A stretch of 64,000 nt of DNA from Monocercomonoides exilis PA203 (GCA_001643675.2 LSRY02000029.1:930001-994000), one strand, 5' to 3'; counted from the stretch's first letter, positions 1-12,761 are shown. Program-made: numbers and translations. The notes: generated from the sequence alone by a model not told the origin.

Positions 1-2
1 CC

Positions 3-3000
3 ACATCTCCTCCGCCTGCTATCGGTAAAACTATCACTTGCCAGCTTTCCACTTCTTCTGCTTCTTCTGCTTCTTCCACTTCTCCTTTGTCGCATCCACA
101 AACTCCAACACACATCCGCACACAGTCTGCCACAAACATCCTGCAGGCACTCTCCACTCCTCCTGGCTCTCCTGTCTCTTCCTTGAAAAGAATGCTTTCT
201 GGTTCTCGTTCTTCTCAGTCGCCACCTCCTTTCGTCTTCGATGCATCGACTGTTTCGCCTGCACAGAGATCCTTCTCGCCTTTGCTGCCCAATCAAACAG
301 GAGGAATAACAAGAACAGTCTCAACTGGCTCAAAAATTATTCGAACTTCTTCATCGCTTGTGCAGTCAACGAATTCTGCTGTGAAAAAGAAAACTGAAGA
401 TTTGCCAATTGCAAATAATTCTTTGACATCTTGTGGATGTTTAGCTTGTCAAAGAAATATCGCTCAGCAAAAAGGCAAAGCGGAAGAAGTTTCTGTGTTT
501 GGCACATCAAATCAATCAATTTCGCATCGAAACCAATTTCTGCATCAATTTTTGAAAGAAACAAGCTTTCCTTCAACTTCTGCTTTTTCTCCTCTTTCTT
601 CTCATCTTTCGCCAAGCATTGCTACAACTATAACTCCAGCATCTTCTGTTGTGCCTTGTTCTATTTCTTCTTCTTCTCCCTCTTCCTCTTCTTCCTCTTC
701 TTCCTCTTCTTCCTCTTCATCATCATCATCTTCTTCTTCTTTAGACACACTTTCTCTCACTCTTTCCTCGTCGTCTTTGTTCAGCAGTGAGACAGGAATG
801 ACGCCCTTCCACTATCAGATGCTCAGTCTAATGGCATCAGCCATTGAAGAAGGAGACACTCTGCTTCATGTGGAATTTGAAGAGGCAGAGGCAGAAATAC
901 AAAATGTGATGAAATTAGACAGAGAAAGACTGGATCGGCAGAGGAGGTTAGCGGAATATGGCGAGAGGAGGAGAATAGAAAAGAGGAGAAGGAAAGAAGA
1001 GAAGGAAATGGATTGGGAAAGGGAAAGTGGAAAAAGCAAAGTGAATGACGAGAAGAAAGGAAGCTGTGCAGATGATTCAGATGCTGATTTTGACTTTGGT
1101 GAGATTGAAGAAGAAGAAGAAGAGGAAGAAGAAGAAAGCAAAGAAGAAGAAGAAGAAGAAGAGGAACATTCAACTGATGAATGGCTTGTGGACTTTTCAT
1201 TTTCTGAATACGAAGATGAAACAAAAAAGGAAAACACACAAAAAAAGAACAAAAAGAAAACAAAAGAAACAGAATCCAAAGCAAAAACAGAAGAAAAAGA
1301 AAGAATCAAACAAAAGAGCACAAAAAAAATTGTCTCATCAATCACACAAAAAGAAAGAGAAGAGCATTCAAAGGATAAATTGATGGAACAGAAAGCAAAA
1401 GAAGAGGATGAAAAGACGAACAATCATTGCAAAGCATCTTTTCTTGCCCATTCATTCATTATTGAATCACGCTTTCCTCATCTTCTTCCATTTTGCAGTC
1501 GTGTTAGTAGTTCACAGAAGGAAATTGTTTCAAAAGCAAGAGAAAGAGTCACTGAGTGGATTAGACTAAGATTTGAGGAAGAGCAGGAATGGCTGGAGAG
1601 GAGAATGAGCAGATGGGAGAGGAAGGTGCAGTGGAGATGGGAATCCAACATTCTGCAGGAGAAAAGAAAGATTGTTAGAAAGAAGGAGAAGGAAATCACA
1701 AAAGAAAGGAAAGAGGAGAAGAGGAGGAGAAGACGTGAAAGCAGAAAATCTTCAGAAATGAATAAACAAACATCAAATGCAACAAGAAAAATTTACGATT
1801 TACCAGCTTCGTGTTATGAATTTCCTGATTCTTTGCCAGATTTCCCATTTGAGTCGCACATTTCGCCAACTGCATTCTCACGTGCCTCTGTCGCTGAACT
1901 GGAAGAAATTCTGCTTTCGCTGACCGTTTCACTTGAGAAAGAGAATGACAATTATCAAAAGAACAAAGAGAGAAATATGGATGTTGGATTGAATCGATCA
2001 AATAGCAGGAAGGAGGCAAAAAAGCCGATTCCACCACCTCCAACTATGTTTTATGATCAGTCAGCTTCTTCGGATTCCTTTGCGCCTTCTCCTTTGTCTG
2101 CTAAAAGTGGCATCACATTGAACACTCGTGAATCGCCTTGTGCTCCATCCACCTCTTCACTGGCATCTTCTCCTTCTTTATGTGCTTCTCCTGATTTATC
2201 TCTTCAAAATGATCATATGAACACAACTTCTTCTCTTTCTCCTCAAAATGCGCTTTCTTTCTCCAACCTCGCTGCTCTTCGAGCGTTTATTGCGTATCTC
2301 TATTCAGATTATGTTTTCCCTTCCTCTTTTGCTCCTCCTCTGCTCACATTCCAGTCATTCCAATGGGGAATTCGTGAGCTTGTTCAGGCTGTTTGGAAAC
2401 AAGAAGAAGCTGTAAAGGCTTTGGATGAAGCAGAAGAGGAGGAAGAGAAAAAGGAAAGATTATTGGCTGTCTCAAAAGAGATTGAATGGGTAAAGAAGAT
2501 AAAGAAAGACAGAGAAAGAAGGAAGAAGAAGGAGATGAAAAAGTTGAAGAAGGAAGGAAAACAAATGATAGGAAAGAATGATAAATTGAATGAAGAACTG
2601 GTTGTGCCGCCAAATGGCGTTGGCAGAAGCGAGGCAAATTCCACTGAAAATAGCACATTTGTGGATAAGATGCTGTTTCGCAGTGCAGAAATTGCTGAGC
2701 AGGTAAAAGAGGAAGAAGAAGAAAAAGAAGAAGAATGGAGAGAAGAATATGCGATGCTTGAGATGTATCGGAAGCAAGAGGAGTTGGAAAGTGTGCTGCT
2801 GATGAACAGGATAAGCAATGAATGGATCTTTTTTGGTGATATTCGACCATTTGAAGGGTGCGAGATGGAGAAAGAGGAGAAAACGAGAAAGAAGGCAGAG
2901 CTGGAAAGAAGAATGAAGAATATGCTGAAAATGAGGGAAGAAAAGAAAAGAGAAGGAAAACAGGAGAAGAGGCAAAGAGGAAGAGAGGTTGAAATAGCTA

Positions 3001-4511
3001 AGGACTCAGAAGATAGCGAAGAAGGAGATGAAAGTCAATCAAAGAACGAACAACAGGAAACAAGCGAAGACGAAGAAAATGTGGCAATTTCAATGAAACA
3101 AGCAAATGGAAGTGAAGAAAAGACTGATATTTCTGGAGAACAAAAAGTTGAGAAGGCAAAGGAATTGAATAAAGCAAGCATGAGTGCTGTTTATGAAGGA
3201 GGGTGTTGGGAAGAATGTGTTGGAGATATTTCGGAGAATGTCAAAGAAAATGTGATATTTTCGCTTCAGCTGGACACAGCAAGGAAGATGTTGGAGTGGG
3301 AATCGATGAATGAAGAAGAGAAAGAAGAGGAGAGAGCAAAGGAGTGGAGGAAAAGAATGAAATGGCCTGAAGAAGCAGAACGTATTGTGAAAGAAAAGAA
3401 AGATAGAGAGGAAGCTGAGAAAAATCTGGCAAATGAAGCAAAAGCTAATTCAATGGAGCATCTTAAAAGAAAAGAAGAGGGCAATCAATACTTGACTCAG
3501 AAGAAAGCAGATGAAGATTGCTTATCTGTATTCAGAAATGCAAAAGATGCAACTTCACAAAGGAATAATGATGCTCTTATTTCATCCAGTGATGCTTCTG
3601 CAATTGGCAAAATAGAGCGAAAGAAGCATTTCTCTACTCAATCTTTCGATGGATTGCATCTTCAGCACGCATCAACTCATCTCTTGTCACCTAAAAATCG
3701 TCCACTTTCATTGATGGGTCATTCTCAATCAACTTTTATCTCTTCAAAACAATCGCCATCTCCATTGGCATCACACACAACACTCCCAAAACAGCCAAAT
3801 GTGTTTGCAGCTTCGTCTGCTTCTGCCTCATCGCCTTTTGCATCTGCCAGTTCCTCTTTCTCTTCTCCTGCTTCTCCAGCTGTAAATTCTCTTACAGACT
3901 CATCTCGCACTTTGAGCTTTCCATCTGTTTTTACTCATTCTGCACAAGTTTCGCCTTCTCAACTTGCCAATTCATCTTCTTTGCTTTCGTCTTCTGTCTC
4001 ATCAGATATGCAATTTGTTGAACCTTTTGTGTATTTTCGCTCTCCTCCCAGTTTGTATGTCAAAGCCAAGCAATATGCCATCTTCAAAGCTCTTCAACAG
4101 AACATGACAAGTTCATCCAAAAATTTGAATGCTTCGGCATCTCCTTCACCTGAAGGCAGATCTTTCTCCTCGCCTTCTCTTCAGCCACAATTGACTACAG
4201 TTTATTCAACATATCCAACTGTTTTATTCCCGTTCAGTTCGTCTTCTTTGCCTCTTCTTTCGTTCGCCACGCTTTTCCAACTTCGTTTGATTGCAATGGA
4301 TCCTCCTAATCCTCCTGCTGGTTATGTCTTTGATTATTCTATCGAATTGCCTTCTTCGTATCCTCGTCTCAGCTCCATCTGTTATCAACTAATTGTTGAA
4401 GGCCTTACTGTAAGCAATGCAACTGCACTGATTAATCTTGGAACGAAATATGGGTCTTATAAGCTTGCTTCGATGATCTCAAATTGGCTCAAAGTTGTTC
4501 TTCGTGAGTGA
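3..4511 (+). CDS. Large Ser- and Glu/Lys-rich protein with a dispersed BTB/POZ-BACK-like domain; 5' end lies outside the window
   Basis: The frame is open from base 3 to TGA at 4509-4511. BTB-like motifs FLAHSFIIESRFPHL (~1440-1485) and AALRAFIAYLYSD (~2271-2310), and a BACK-like tail LSSICYQLIVEGLTVSNATALINLGTKYGSYKL, are separated by low-complexity inserts. Confidence 0.7.
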   Translation, partial: TSPPPAIGKTITCQLSTSSASSASSTSPLSHPQTPTHIRTQSATNILQALSTPPGSPVSSLKRMLSGSRSSQSPPPFVFDASTVSPAQRSFSPLLPNQTGGITRTVSTGSKIIRTSSSLVQSTNSAVKKKTEDLPIANNSLTSCGCLACQRNIAQQKGKAEEVSVFGTSNQSISHRNQFLHQFLKETSFPSTSAFSPLSSHLSPSIATTITPASSVVPCSISSSSPSSSSSSSSSSSSSSSSSSSSLDTLSLTLSSSSLFSSETGMTPFHYQMLSLMASAIEEGDTLLHVEFEEAEAEIQNVMKLDRERLDRQRRLAEYGERRRIEKRRRKEEKEMDWERESGKSKVNDEKKGSCADDSDADFDFGEIEEEEEEEEEESKEEEEEEEEHSTDEWLVDFSFSEYEDETKKENTQKKNKKKTKETESKAKTEEKERIKQKSTKKIVSSITQKEREEHSKDKLMEQKAKEEDEKTNNHCKASFLAHSFIIESRFPHLLPFCSRVSSSQKEIVSKARERVTEWIRLRFEEEQEWLERRMSRWERKVQWRWESNILQEKRKIVRKKEKEITKERKEEKRRRRRESRKSSEMNKQTSNATRKIYDLPASCYEFPDSLPDFPFESHISPTAFSRASVAELEEILLSLTVSLEKENDNYQKNKERNMDVGLNRSNSRKEAKKPIPPPPTMFYDQSASSDSFAPSPLSAKSGITLNTRESPCAPSTSSLASSPSLCASPDLSLQNDHMNTTSSLSPQNALSFSNLAALRAFIAYLYSDYVFPSSFAPPLLTFQSFQWGIRELVQAVWKQEEAVKALDEAEEEEEKKERLLAVSKEIEWVKKIKKDRERRKKKEMKKLKKEGKQMIGKNDKLNEELVVPPNGVGRSEANSTENSTFVDKMLFRSAEIAEQVKEEEEEKEEEWREEYAMLEMYRKQEELESVLLMNRISNEWIFFGDIRPFEGCEMEKEEKTRKKAELERRMKNMLKMREEKKREGKQEKRQRGREVEIAKDSEDSEEGDESQSKNEQQETSEDEENVAISMKQANGSEEKTDISGEQKVEKAKELNKASMSAVYEGGCWEECVGDISENVKENVIFSLQLDTARKMLEWESMNEEEKEEERAKEWRKRMKWPEEAERIVKEKKDREEAEKNLANEAKANSMEHLKRKEEGNQYLTQKKADEDCLSVFRNAKDATSQRNNDALISSSDASAIGKIERKKHFSTQSFDGLHLQHASTHLLSPKNRPLSLMGHSQSTFISSKQSPSPLASHTTLPKQPNVFAASSASASSPFASASSSFSSPASPAVNSLTDSSRTLSFPSVFTHSAQVSPSQLANSSSLLSSSVSSDMQFVEPFVYFRSPPSLYVKAKQYAIFKALQQNMTSSSKNLNASASPSPEGRSFSSPSLQPQLTTVYSTYPTVLFPFSSSSLPLLSFATLFQLRLIAMDPPNPPAGYVFDYSIELPSSYPRLSSICYQLIVEGLTVSNATALINLGTKYGSYKLASMISNWLKVVLRE

Positions 4512-5110
4512 GCGAAAACGTTGTGGTTGTAAAGAACTTACATCAATTTTTATTACTTTTTTATTGACTTTTAATTCTGTTGATATTTTTATTATTATTT
4601 ATCATTGTGATTATATGCATTAATTTGTTTGTTTGTATTGGTTAAGTTTAAAATTGTTTCTTTATTCCTGTTACAAAAGTGTGTAATATTATTTGCATTG
4701 AATAACTTCCAAAATTTAGATTTCGATAATTTTTTGAAAAAAGATAATTTCTATAATTTCTTGGAAATAATGAACATCTCTTTAAAAAAAAAAAAGATAT
4801 TGATATTAGCATGAGGCGTTTGTTATATCTTTTTTGAAAAGAATTGTGAGCAGTTCTTCACTGATCAATCAAAATTTTGTTTTGATCTAACCATTTTTAT
4901 CTGTGGATCTCGATATTGTTTTCTGTTTATTTCATGTTATCCACCTCAAATGACTTTTAAATTTTATTATCTGTGATTAAAATTATTTTAAGTTTGCTTC
5001 AAGAATATCTTTAATGTAACCGTTTTTCTAAGAAAATATTTGGATGTTCGCAATTCAAAGTTAGTAAGACAAATAATTTTTGTTAGAAGATTTAAAAAAT
5101 ATTTAGTAAA

Positions 5111-7126
5111 ATGATTATTATTTTTTGTCTTCTTAATTTATGCTCTTCAAAAGGAGATTTTCGGGCTAATAATCAACATGACGTAAAAGAAAGAAGTTAT
5201 CAAATTTCTGTTCCTATTATTGTTGTTGATGAAATTATATCGCTTAAAAGCGATGACTATGCGACTATATCTGCTAGCACAACTCAAAAATCTCCATTAT
5301 TGTCGTTATGTAATGGAACTTTTATTGGCTCAAAACTCTCTTTTGTATGCTCCAACAATATCCGTATTGCAGATCTGAATTCATGGAGCAAATGCGAGCT
5401 AATTGATTGTAAATTTATTGTTAAATATCCATTTGGATCTTTGTTTCACAGCGCAACAAGCCAAGTTCTTTTGCATCATATTGATTTTAATGAAGTTTGC
5501 ACAACGAAAAGTTACCTTTCATCAATTGTCGAAGCATATGATTGTGAAACAAAAATATCATTAACAGATTCTTCAATGAATTCTTGGATAATGAAAAAAG
5601 GTGAAACGTTTCTTGCTCGTGGACAATCTTCGATTGTATCTGTTGATGGAGTGACATTCAGAAACATGACACAAGCTCCAATCTATCAACGCAGCAATTT
5701 TTCAGTGAATAAGCATCTTAAAAATGGATTTCTCAATGATTGGGATATTGTTAGTTGCTCTGTTGTTGAGACTTTCAATCCATTTTATGATGTGATTTCT
5801 CCATCAGCTCGGAATTGTGGATTGCTTTCTATTCACAATACAACATTTAACAATTGCACTTCAGCAATTAGCGGTGAAGACAGCTGTTCATTGGAATCCG
5901 TGTCTCTTCCTTTTCATTCAACATTAACGGATACATCATTCAGCAAATGGATTAACCTAGCTTCAACAGTTAGTGCGCATCACAATCACTTCGGGGAATC
6001 ATTTAGAAAGGCAGCAGCCATTCTGAATTCAAAATGCGAAAGTGGACACCTTCGATTGGTTAGATGCGCTTTTGTCTCATGTGGCTTTTGCGTGAATTTT
6101 TACGGAGGAAGATTTGATGCAGAGGGATGCTCTTTTGTTCAAAAGGAGTTAAGCGAAGGAAATGATTCAAATCGAGAAAAGAAAGATGAAGTTGAATTTG
6201 CGGAAGAAAGATGGAAGCTCGAAAACAAAGTTGTCCGTCAAATGGAAAGAGAAGAAGAAAATACCGAAGAAGATTCTTTTACTGATTTGTCTGACGAAGA
6301 TATTTTTGAAGATAATCCAAAAGAAAACAAAGGAATCAACATGGTGGAAGTGGTATATCCAATTTCTTTTTATATTTCAAACACATCGTTTTGCGGAACT
6401 TACTCTTCTTTTCCTTCGTATCGAGGACTACTTGCAACACAACTTCCTCGAAATGCCAAAATCTCCCATTCATCGTTCTCGTTCCTTGCTTCAATGACAC
6501 GTCTTCCTTCTTCTTCTTCTTCTTCTTCTTCTTCTTCTGTTTCATCTTCGTTTTCGTCCATTCTTCCTGCATCATCATGCGGAGGTGGAGTTAGCATATT
6601 TGACAGTTCTGCTCCGTCCTTCACGGACTGTTCTTTTGTATCGTGTGCTGCTGTTGGGCAGAAAGGATCAGGCGGAGGAATATGGATTGATACCTCTCAT
6701 CCACACGAATTTTACAAACAAGTCTATTTTGTGAGCAAATATGATGGAGATGAAGATGATAACCTTGGCTTTATGCCAAAAAGAAATCACATTGAGGATT
6801 CTGAGGATGACTTTGTGAAAAGAACTTCAAGCAATGATCATCAAAGACGGTCTTCTTATGCAATTGAGCCATTGCTTTCTCATCAAATGCCATTTAAATT
6901 GTCATTTTGTCTATTTCGTAACAACCATGCTCCTTTGGTTGATGAACAGATAGAGCGAGGAAGTGACGTCTTTTGTTCAGGCTTTGATTCAACTGAGGTT
7001 TCAACTGACTGCTTCGTTCATTGCTTGTCGAATTCGATGGAAGATCGTGTTTTGGTAGAAAATGTGAGAGTTGATATCGAATGGTTAAAAGAAAATGACG
7101 AAGAAAAAGAAGAAGAAGAGCTGTAA
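5111..7126 (+). CDS. Secreted right-handed beta-helix / Pmp-like repeat protein (member of an expanded family)
   Basis: 671-aa ORF with a hydrophobic N-terminus, GGGVSI..F..CSF..C.A..GGGIWI repeats and a FCLFRNN..GSDVF..FVHC..RV..WL end motif that is shared with the decayed copies at 18.5 kb and 34 kb. Confidence 0.75.
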   Translation: MIIIFCLLNLCSSKGDFRANNQHDVKERSYQISVPIIVVDEIISLKSDDYATISASTTQKSPLLSLCNGTFIGSKLSFVCSNNIRIADLNSWSKCELIDCKFIVKYPFGSLFHSATSQVLLHHIDFNEVCTTKSYLSSIVEAYDCETKISLTDSSMNSWIMKKGETFLARGQSSIVSVDGVTFRNMTQAPIYQRSNFSVNKHLKNGFLNDWDIVSCSVVETFNPFYDVISPSARNCGLLSIHNTTFNNCTSAISGEDSCSLESVSLPFHSTLTDTSFSKWINLASTVSAHHNHFGESFRKAAAILNSKCESGHLRLVRCAFVSCGFCVNFYGGRFDAEGCSFVQKELSEGNDSNREKKDEVEFAEERWKLENKVVRQMEREEENTEEDSFTDLSDEDIFEDNPKENKGINMVEVVYPISFYISNTSFCGTYSSFPSYRGLLATQLPRNAKISHSSFSFLASMTRLPSSSSSSSSSSVSSSFSSILPASSCGGGVSIFDSSAPSFTDCSFVSCAAVGQKGSGGGIWIDTSHPHEFYKQVYFVSKYDGDEDDNLGFMPKRNHIEDSEDDFVKRTSSNDHQRRSSYAIEPLLSHQMPFKLSFCLFRNNHAPLVDEQIERGSDVFCSGFDSTEVSTDCFVHCLSNSMEDRVLVENVRVDIEWLKENDEEKEEEEL

Positions 7127-7362
7127 TGGAATCAATATTTGATTTCTTAATTGTTTAATGATTTTATTTTTTTTTTTTTGTTTTTCAGTTCATTTTTCTG
7201 CAAATTTGTTCAATGAAAAAGAACCTAATGCTTATTGTTCCGGAAAATGAAATGCTTTTTTGCCCATCTTTCAATAAGAGGGCTTTAATAAAAATATAAT
7301 ACAAATATGGCAAAATAATGAACCTAACCAAAGATCTTCCGCTCTAGAAAATCACTTCTTTT

Positions 7363-10300
7363 TCATGTTCCTTTTACAGTAACATAAAAATGAGCAGAAG
7401 ACATTGGGGATCGCGGTACATAGAAGCGGTGTGTCTTTGCATCAACAAGAACAACTCTGCAAAGAGGAAGAATGCCTGCTTTCAGAGGAATGCAATGAAT
7501 GACAGTTGTTGCAGAGTGCAAAAGAGGCAAGTGGCTTTTGATAGAAAAATTGCGTTTATCATAAATACAATAAATTAATTGGTGAAAGAAATGTGTAATA
7601 AATATGTAACTTCATACCCCAAATCAACCAAATTCTCCGACCATATAATTGATGGTGTGTAATTGAAAGCTGATAAATGTGAGAAATTCAGAGCTAAGCA
7701 AATACATTCATGTGGCAGTTTACAATTCAAAAATAATATCAATAAATGAAAGAAACATATTCAATTCAAAATTCAAATGGAATAAAATCGCATACGATTT
7801 CTATAAGCTGACTCGTATTTCCAGACATGCGAAGAGGATGCAACTGTTGATGGCAACGGAGCATCCACCGACTCTTCATCAATCAAAGGCTGCAGTACCT
7901 CAAATGAAGGCACAACGCATCCAACTGAAGACTCCACTGAAGAGCAATCATTGAGTGATATTTGACTGAGCTGTGAAGAATGGTGTGAATGATGAGAATG
8001 GTGTCTATGGCAGCGTGTGTGTGTCTCTGTGAAGGGAATCTCATCGTCCAATACGATCGAATTGGGAGGGACATATGCAACAATTGAAGACATCTCGTCT
8101 TCTTCTTCTTCTTCTCCTTCTGTTGATAATGATGAGACTTCGCTGATTGAAGATTGATCGCTTTCATTCCGAGCAGTGATTTCATTCAATTTTCTTTCAT
8201 CTGATTCGTGTTCTTGTCCTTTTATTTTATTTTGATTGGATTTTGTTCCTTCAAAAGACTCCAGACTTGAATCGCTGTCATCTTCGTCTGCTTCATTTGT
8301 AGTTGAAAAAGGAGAGCAGCGAGTGACTGGAACAACTGAATCATTATGTTCTTCATCATTTTGCACTTTCCCACTCTCCAAAAGAGGAGAAGTGCATCTC
8401 TTATCAACACTTGCCAATGAATAAGCAGTTGAAGGCGGAGTCGAAGAAGACAATGCTAAAAGAGAAATATCATTTGGCGAGTGAACACATGAAGAATGAT
8501 GATGCAATGAAGAACTGAAGTTTCCTTCCTTTGATTGACTCATCTGGCTTGCTTCTGCTGGAGAAGTTGGTTTGTTGACAGGAGAATGCGAGAAAGGCGC
8601 CTGCAGAAGAGGGCCAGCAGAGACGATGTCTGAGGCGAGAAAGAGAGTTGACTGACGAGAGGGAGATAATTGTGGATTGGCTTTTGAGAGGGGAATGCTT
8701 AGTTCTGTTGGAGGAGTGGTATTTGGAGTGAAGGGTTTGTTTGGAGAAGAAGAAGAAGAAGAGTATAAATTGTTATTTAATGATTGCTCCTCTTCATTTC
8801 TGGCTCTTGGTATTGAAGAGCAGCTGTATTGCTCATCTGAAAGTGGAGTTGTTGCAGTGATAGAAGAAGAAATAGAAGAAGAAGAAGAAGATGAAGAAGA
8901 AGAAGAAGAAGATGATGATGATGATGATGAATAAGACAAACAACAAACATTAGAGGAAACAGACATAACTGGAGAGAACATCTCAGAAGATGTGGCCATT
9001 CTTATTCCACACGACAAAGAAAGAGGGTTTTTCACAGGCGAATTTGAAGAATTCTGCGAAGAAGGAAAAGAAGATGTGTGCTCAAATGTTTCGTCAAGTT
9101 CTTTTTCCTTGTCGAAAGAAGAAGCAGCAGGAGAATAAGGAAACGAAGGAAGAGGAGAAGAGGAGAAAGAAAAGGAAGGAGAATGGTCAGGAGAAGCAGC
9201 ACGTGACGAATTGGATGAGTGAGTTGACTGCAATGGATGATGGACTGTGTCCGCAAGAGACACAGAAAAGGTGTTCTTCGAAGATGAATTAGAAGAGGAA
9301 GAAGAAGAGGAAGAAGAAACTGAGGCAGAAATAGAAGAAGCAGAAGAAGAAGCAATGCTTTTGGCATCAGAAAAAGTGCAATGAAGCAAATCCGCTTCGC
9401 CAGACACTCTTTTAAGAGGAATGTGTTCTGAAGAATTGACAAAGGCATCTGTTTCATTTGATTGAGGTGATGAGACAGAAGAAGGAGCAGAAGAAGAAGA
9501 GGAAGAATATGACGATGAATCCAATTCTTCAATCACTTCTAATGAATCAGTTGAATACGACTGTCTGTTCAATTGTGCATTTTCCTTTAAAAGTGTGTCA
9601 TTGTGTTGTTCTAAAGCAATTATTTCATTTGAGTTTAGTTGATCGTTTGAACCAGACAAGTCATCAACATCAGCAGCAGTTGCAGCAGCAGAGGCAGCAG
9701 AAGAAGAAGAAGCTAAATCTCCATAAACAGAAGGCGAAAAAGGAATTTTGTCATTCATTTGAGTGATTGGCGAGTTAAGTGAAGACTGCTGCATATGCTG
9801 AGCAGCAAGATGGCTGGCGATGATGTTGAAAGGAGTGGAAGTTTGAGGAAAAGGAGAAGAAGCATAAGAAATAGGGGTAGATGCAACAGCCGCAGAGGCA
9901 GAAGAGGAAAGAGTGCAAGAGAGGAGAGAGGAAGAGACAGAAGAGGCGCTGAACATGGAGGATGGGGCATCAGATGAGAAGGAGGAGGAAGAAGAGGCAG
10001 AATTGAAGGTGGAAGAGAGGGAAGAAGAGAGTGTTTGAGAAAGAGGAGAGCAGAACGAGTAAGACGAGTCAAAAGTGGCTGAGAGGGAGTCTGCTGGTGA
10101 ATAAGGAGAGGAAGGCAAAGGAGGAGAAGATGGATCTGATAGAGTGTTTCTATGAGAAGGAAATACAGGAGTGCGTGTGAATGTATTGTCCAGTGAATAA
10201 TTTGAGTGCATTTCTCTGTCATTTTGCCCTCCTTCGTCTTCATCCCACTTGTCAATCTCGTTCTGCTCTTCGTCTTCTTCTGCAATGGCATCCATTGTTG

Positions 10301-12730
10301 TGATACTTCTCTTCAGCCTCAAAGCAGACGGTACACGATGCACACCAAGCGATTGTGGGTCAATCTGTTTGTGTTCTGTTCTGTCGTCTTCTTCATTCTC
10401 TTCTTCATTTTCTTCTTCTTCTCTTTCACTTTCACTTTGTTCGTCTGTTTCACATTTATCTCTTTCAAACCTGACAATATTCCCTTTGTCTGTCAAATCC
10501 AACAGATCTTCACCTTTCATTTGTTTCTTGTCAAAAGAAGAGCGCTGTCTGATTTGCTGAGCACTGAAATTCTCTTCACTTTCGTGTGAATGAACAAGAA
10601 TTGCCTGCTTTTCGAGTATCCGTTGCGTCGTTGCTTTCAATCCAATCCTTTTCTGTCTTCGTCTTTCTTCTTCTTCTCCCATTTTTCCTTCTTTCCCTTC
10701 TTTCCCTTCTTTCCCCTCTTCTCTCTCTTCTCTCTCTTTCCTTCTTTGATATCTCTCACTCCTCTTCTCCTCTTCCTTCTGTCTATGCGTTCTGTGGCTT
10801 CTATGATTTCTGTGTGTTCTGTTTGTTCTGTGATATTCCTTCCGTTTTGACATCTTTGGGCATTTGACATGTCTCTTCACACAAATCGTTGTGCCCTGTG
10901 TTGGCACAGACGCCAAAGAATTCAGCTTCGAACTGAAAAGCGTCGATGCCAGCGAAAAAGCAGAGGAACACTGAAAAGTCTCGTTTCTCTTCTGTTTGTG
11001 CTGCCTTTTCTCTCTTCGGACAATCGGCGTGTGGTTGACAATGTTTAACAGATCAGCCATTGAAAGAGGTGTACTCCCTTTCAATTTAACCTCCGACTTT
11101 AACATCTCATTCCTTCTTCTTTCCCCTTCTCCTTCTCTTTCTCCTGTTCTTCTTCTGCTTCCACTTCTGCTTCCACTTCTGCTTCCATATCCTTGTTTCA
11201 CATATGCATGTCTTGCCATTCTTTCAAACTGCCTCTGTCTCATCTGCATTTGCATCTGCAGCTGATTGGCAGCGAGAATTGAGTGGCTGCGAAGAGAAGG
11301 CGTCACCCCGCGGAAGAAGGCAGGTGTCGAAGGTGCAATCACTTTGGATGTGGGATGGATGGATGGTCTGTTGGATGGGTAGAATGAGGAAGAGGAAGAA
11401 GAGGAAGAAGAAGTTTTTGAATGAGATGATATAGAAGAAGACGACGATGATAAAGAGGAAGAGGAGGAAGAAGAAGAAGGATAAGAAGGTGTTATGACAG
11501 GCGAAGCAGATTGAGAGATGAGCATATCAGCAGCAGACAGCAGCTGCTCCACGTCTTCCATCCATTCTGTCTGTGCTGCCTCAACCAGCTCAACCTCTGC
11601 CTCACACGAATCGCTCTCTCTTTCACTCTCATTTGAAGACTTTAGTTCTCCTTCTTCTGTTTCTTCTTCTTCTCCTCCTCTTCCTTCTCTTCCTTCTTTT
11701 TCTGCTTCTTCTGCTTGGAAATTGCGTTTTTTGCCTGATTTATTCTTCTTGTGGTGCAATTTGTGTGAATAAACTGTATTTTGAGGAGGAGCAGGAATAA
11801 CAACAAGAATGAGATGAGGAGTATGTGTGGCGAATGAGGTGACAGTTAATGTCAATGAAAAGGAAGAGAAAGTTGTGACATTCGAAGGAAAAGAGAAGGA
11901 GATGATGAATTGAGGAGGGGGCGTGTGGATGAGTGGGGCTGACAGAAGAAAGTTACTTTGGAAGATTGAAGAAGAGGCTGGCGTTATTGATGATGATGAA
12001 ATTGACTGATTATTTGAAGAATATTCAGAAGGTTGACTTGAAGAAGAAGAACATGGCGATGATGAAGAACTTCTGTTTGATGTCTCTTTTGTGGAAATAT
12101 TTTCTATTTTTGACTGAGAAACATGTTGAAAAAGTGGAAGACAATCAGAAAAGCCTTCCTTCAATGAATTCAATGGAGAAACACAAGAAGCAGCAGAATT
12201 ATTTGTGAATAAGTAATTTCTGTTTTTGAGAGAAGAAGAAGAAAGAAAAGAAGAAGGAGAAGAATCCGTTTCATTGAAAAGATGGTCAGAAGGAGACAGA
12301 ACAGAAACAGGAGACCAAAAAGCACTCAAATCGAAGTCGACAAGAAAAGGCGATGAAAAAGTGCTCAAAACAGCCGGCGGATGAAAAGGAGAAAGTTTTG
12401 TAGAATTCGAAAGAGAAGAAGAAGAAGAAGATGATGATGATGATGTGGTTGATGAAAGAAACAAAGAAGATGATGAAGAAGTCGAAGAAGTGGATGAAGT
12501 GCTTGCTATTGATGAAGCTGTGGCAGATAAAGAGCTATCTTCAATGTTTTGTTCAGTCAAATCAGAACAATTGTCTCTTCTGTTATTTCTCTCTATTTGA
12601 AGAGCTGCTTTTGTGGATGCTTTCTTCTTGCCAAGCAAATGTATTTGATCGAGAAATGATGAGCAAGCAAACAGTTTGAATAGAGTGCTTTCTTTATGAA
12701 GAGAAGAAGAAGAAGAAGAAGAAGAAGAAG

Positions 12731-12761
<31 letters not shown>

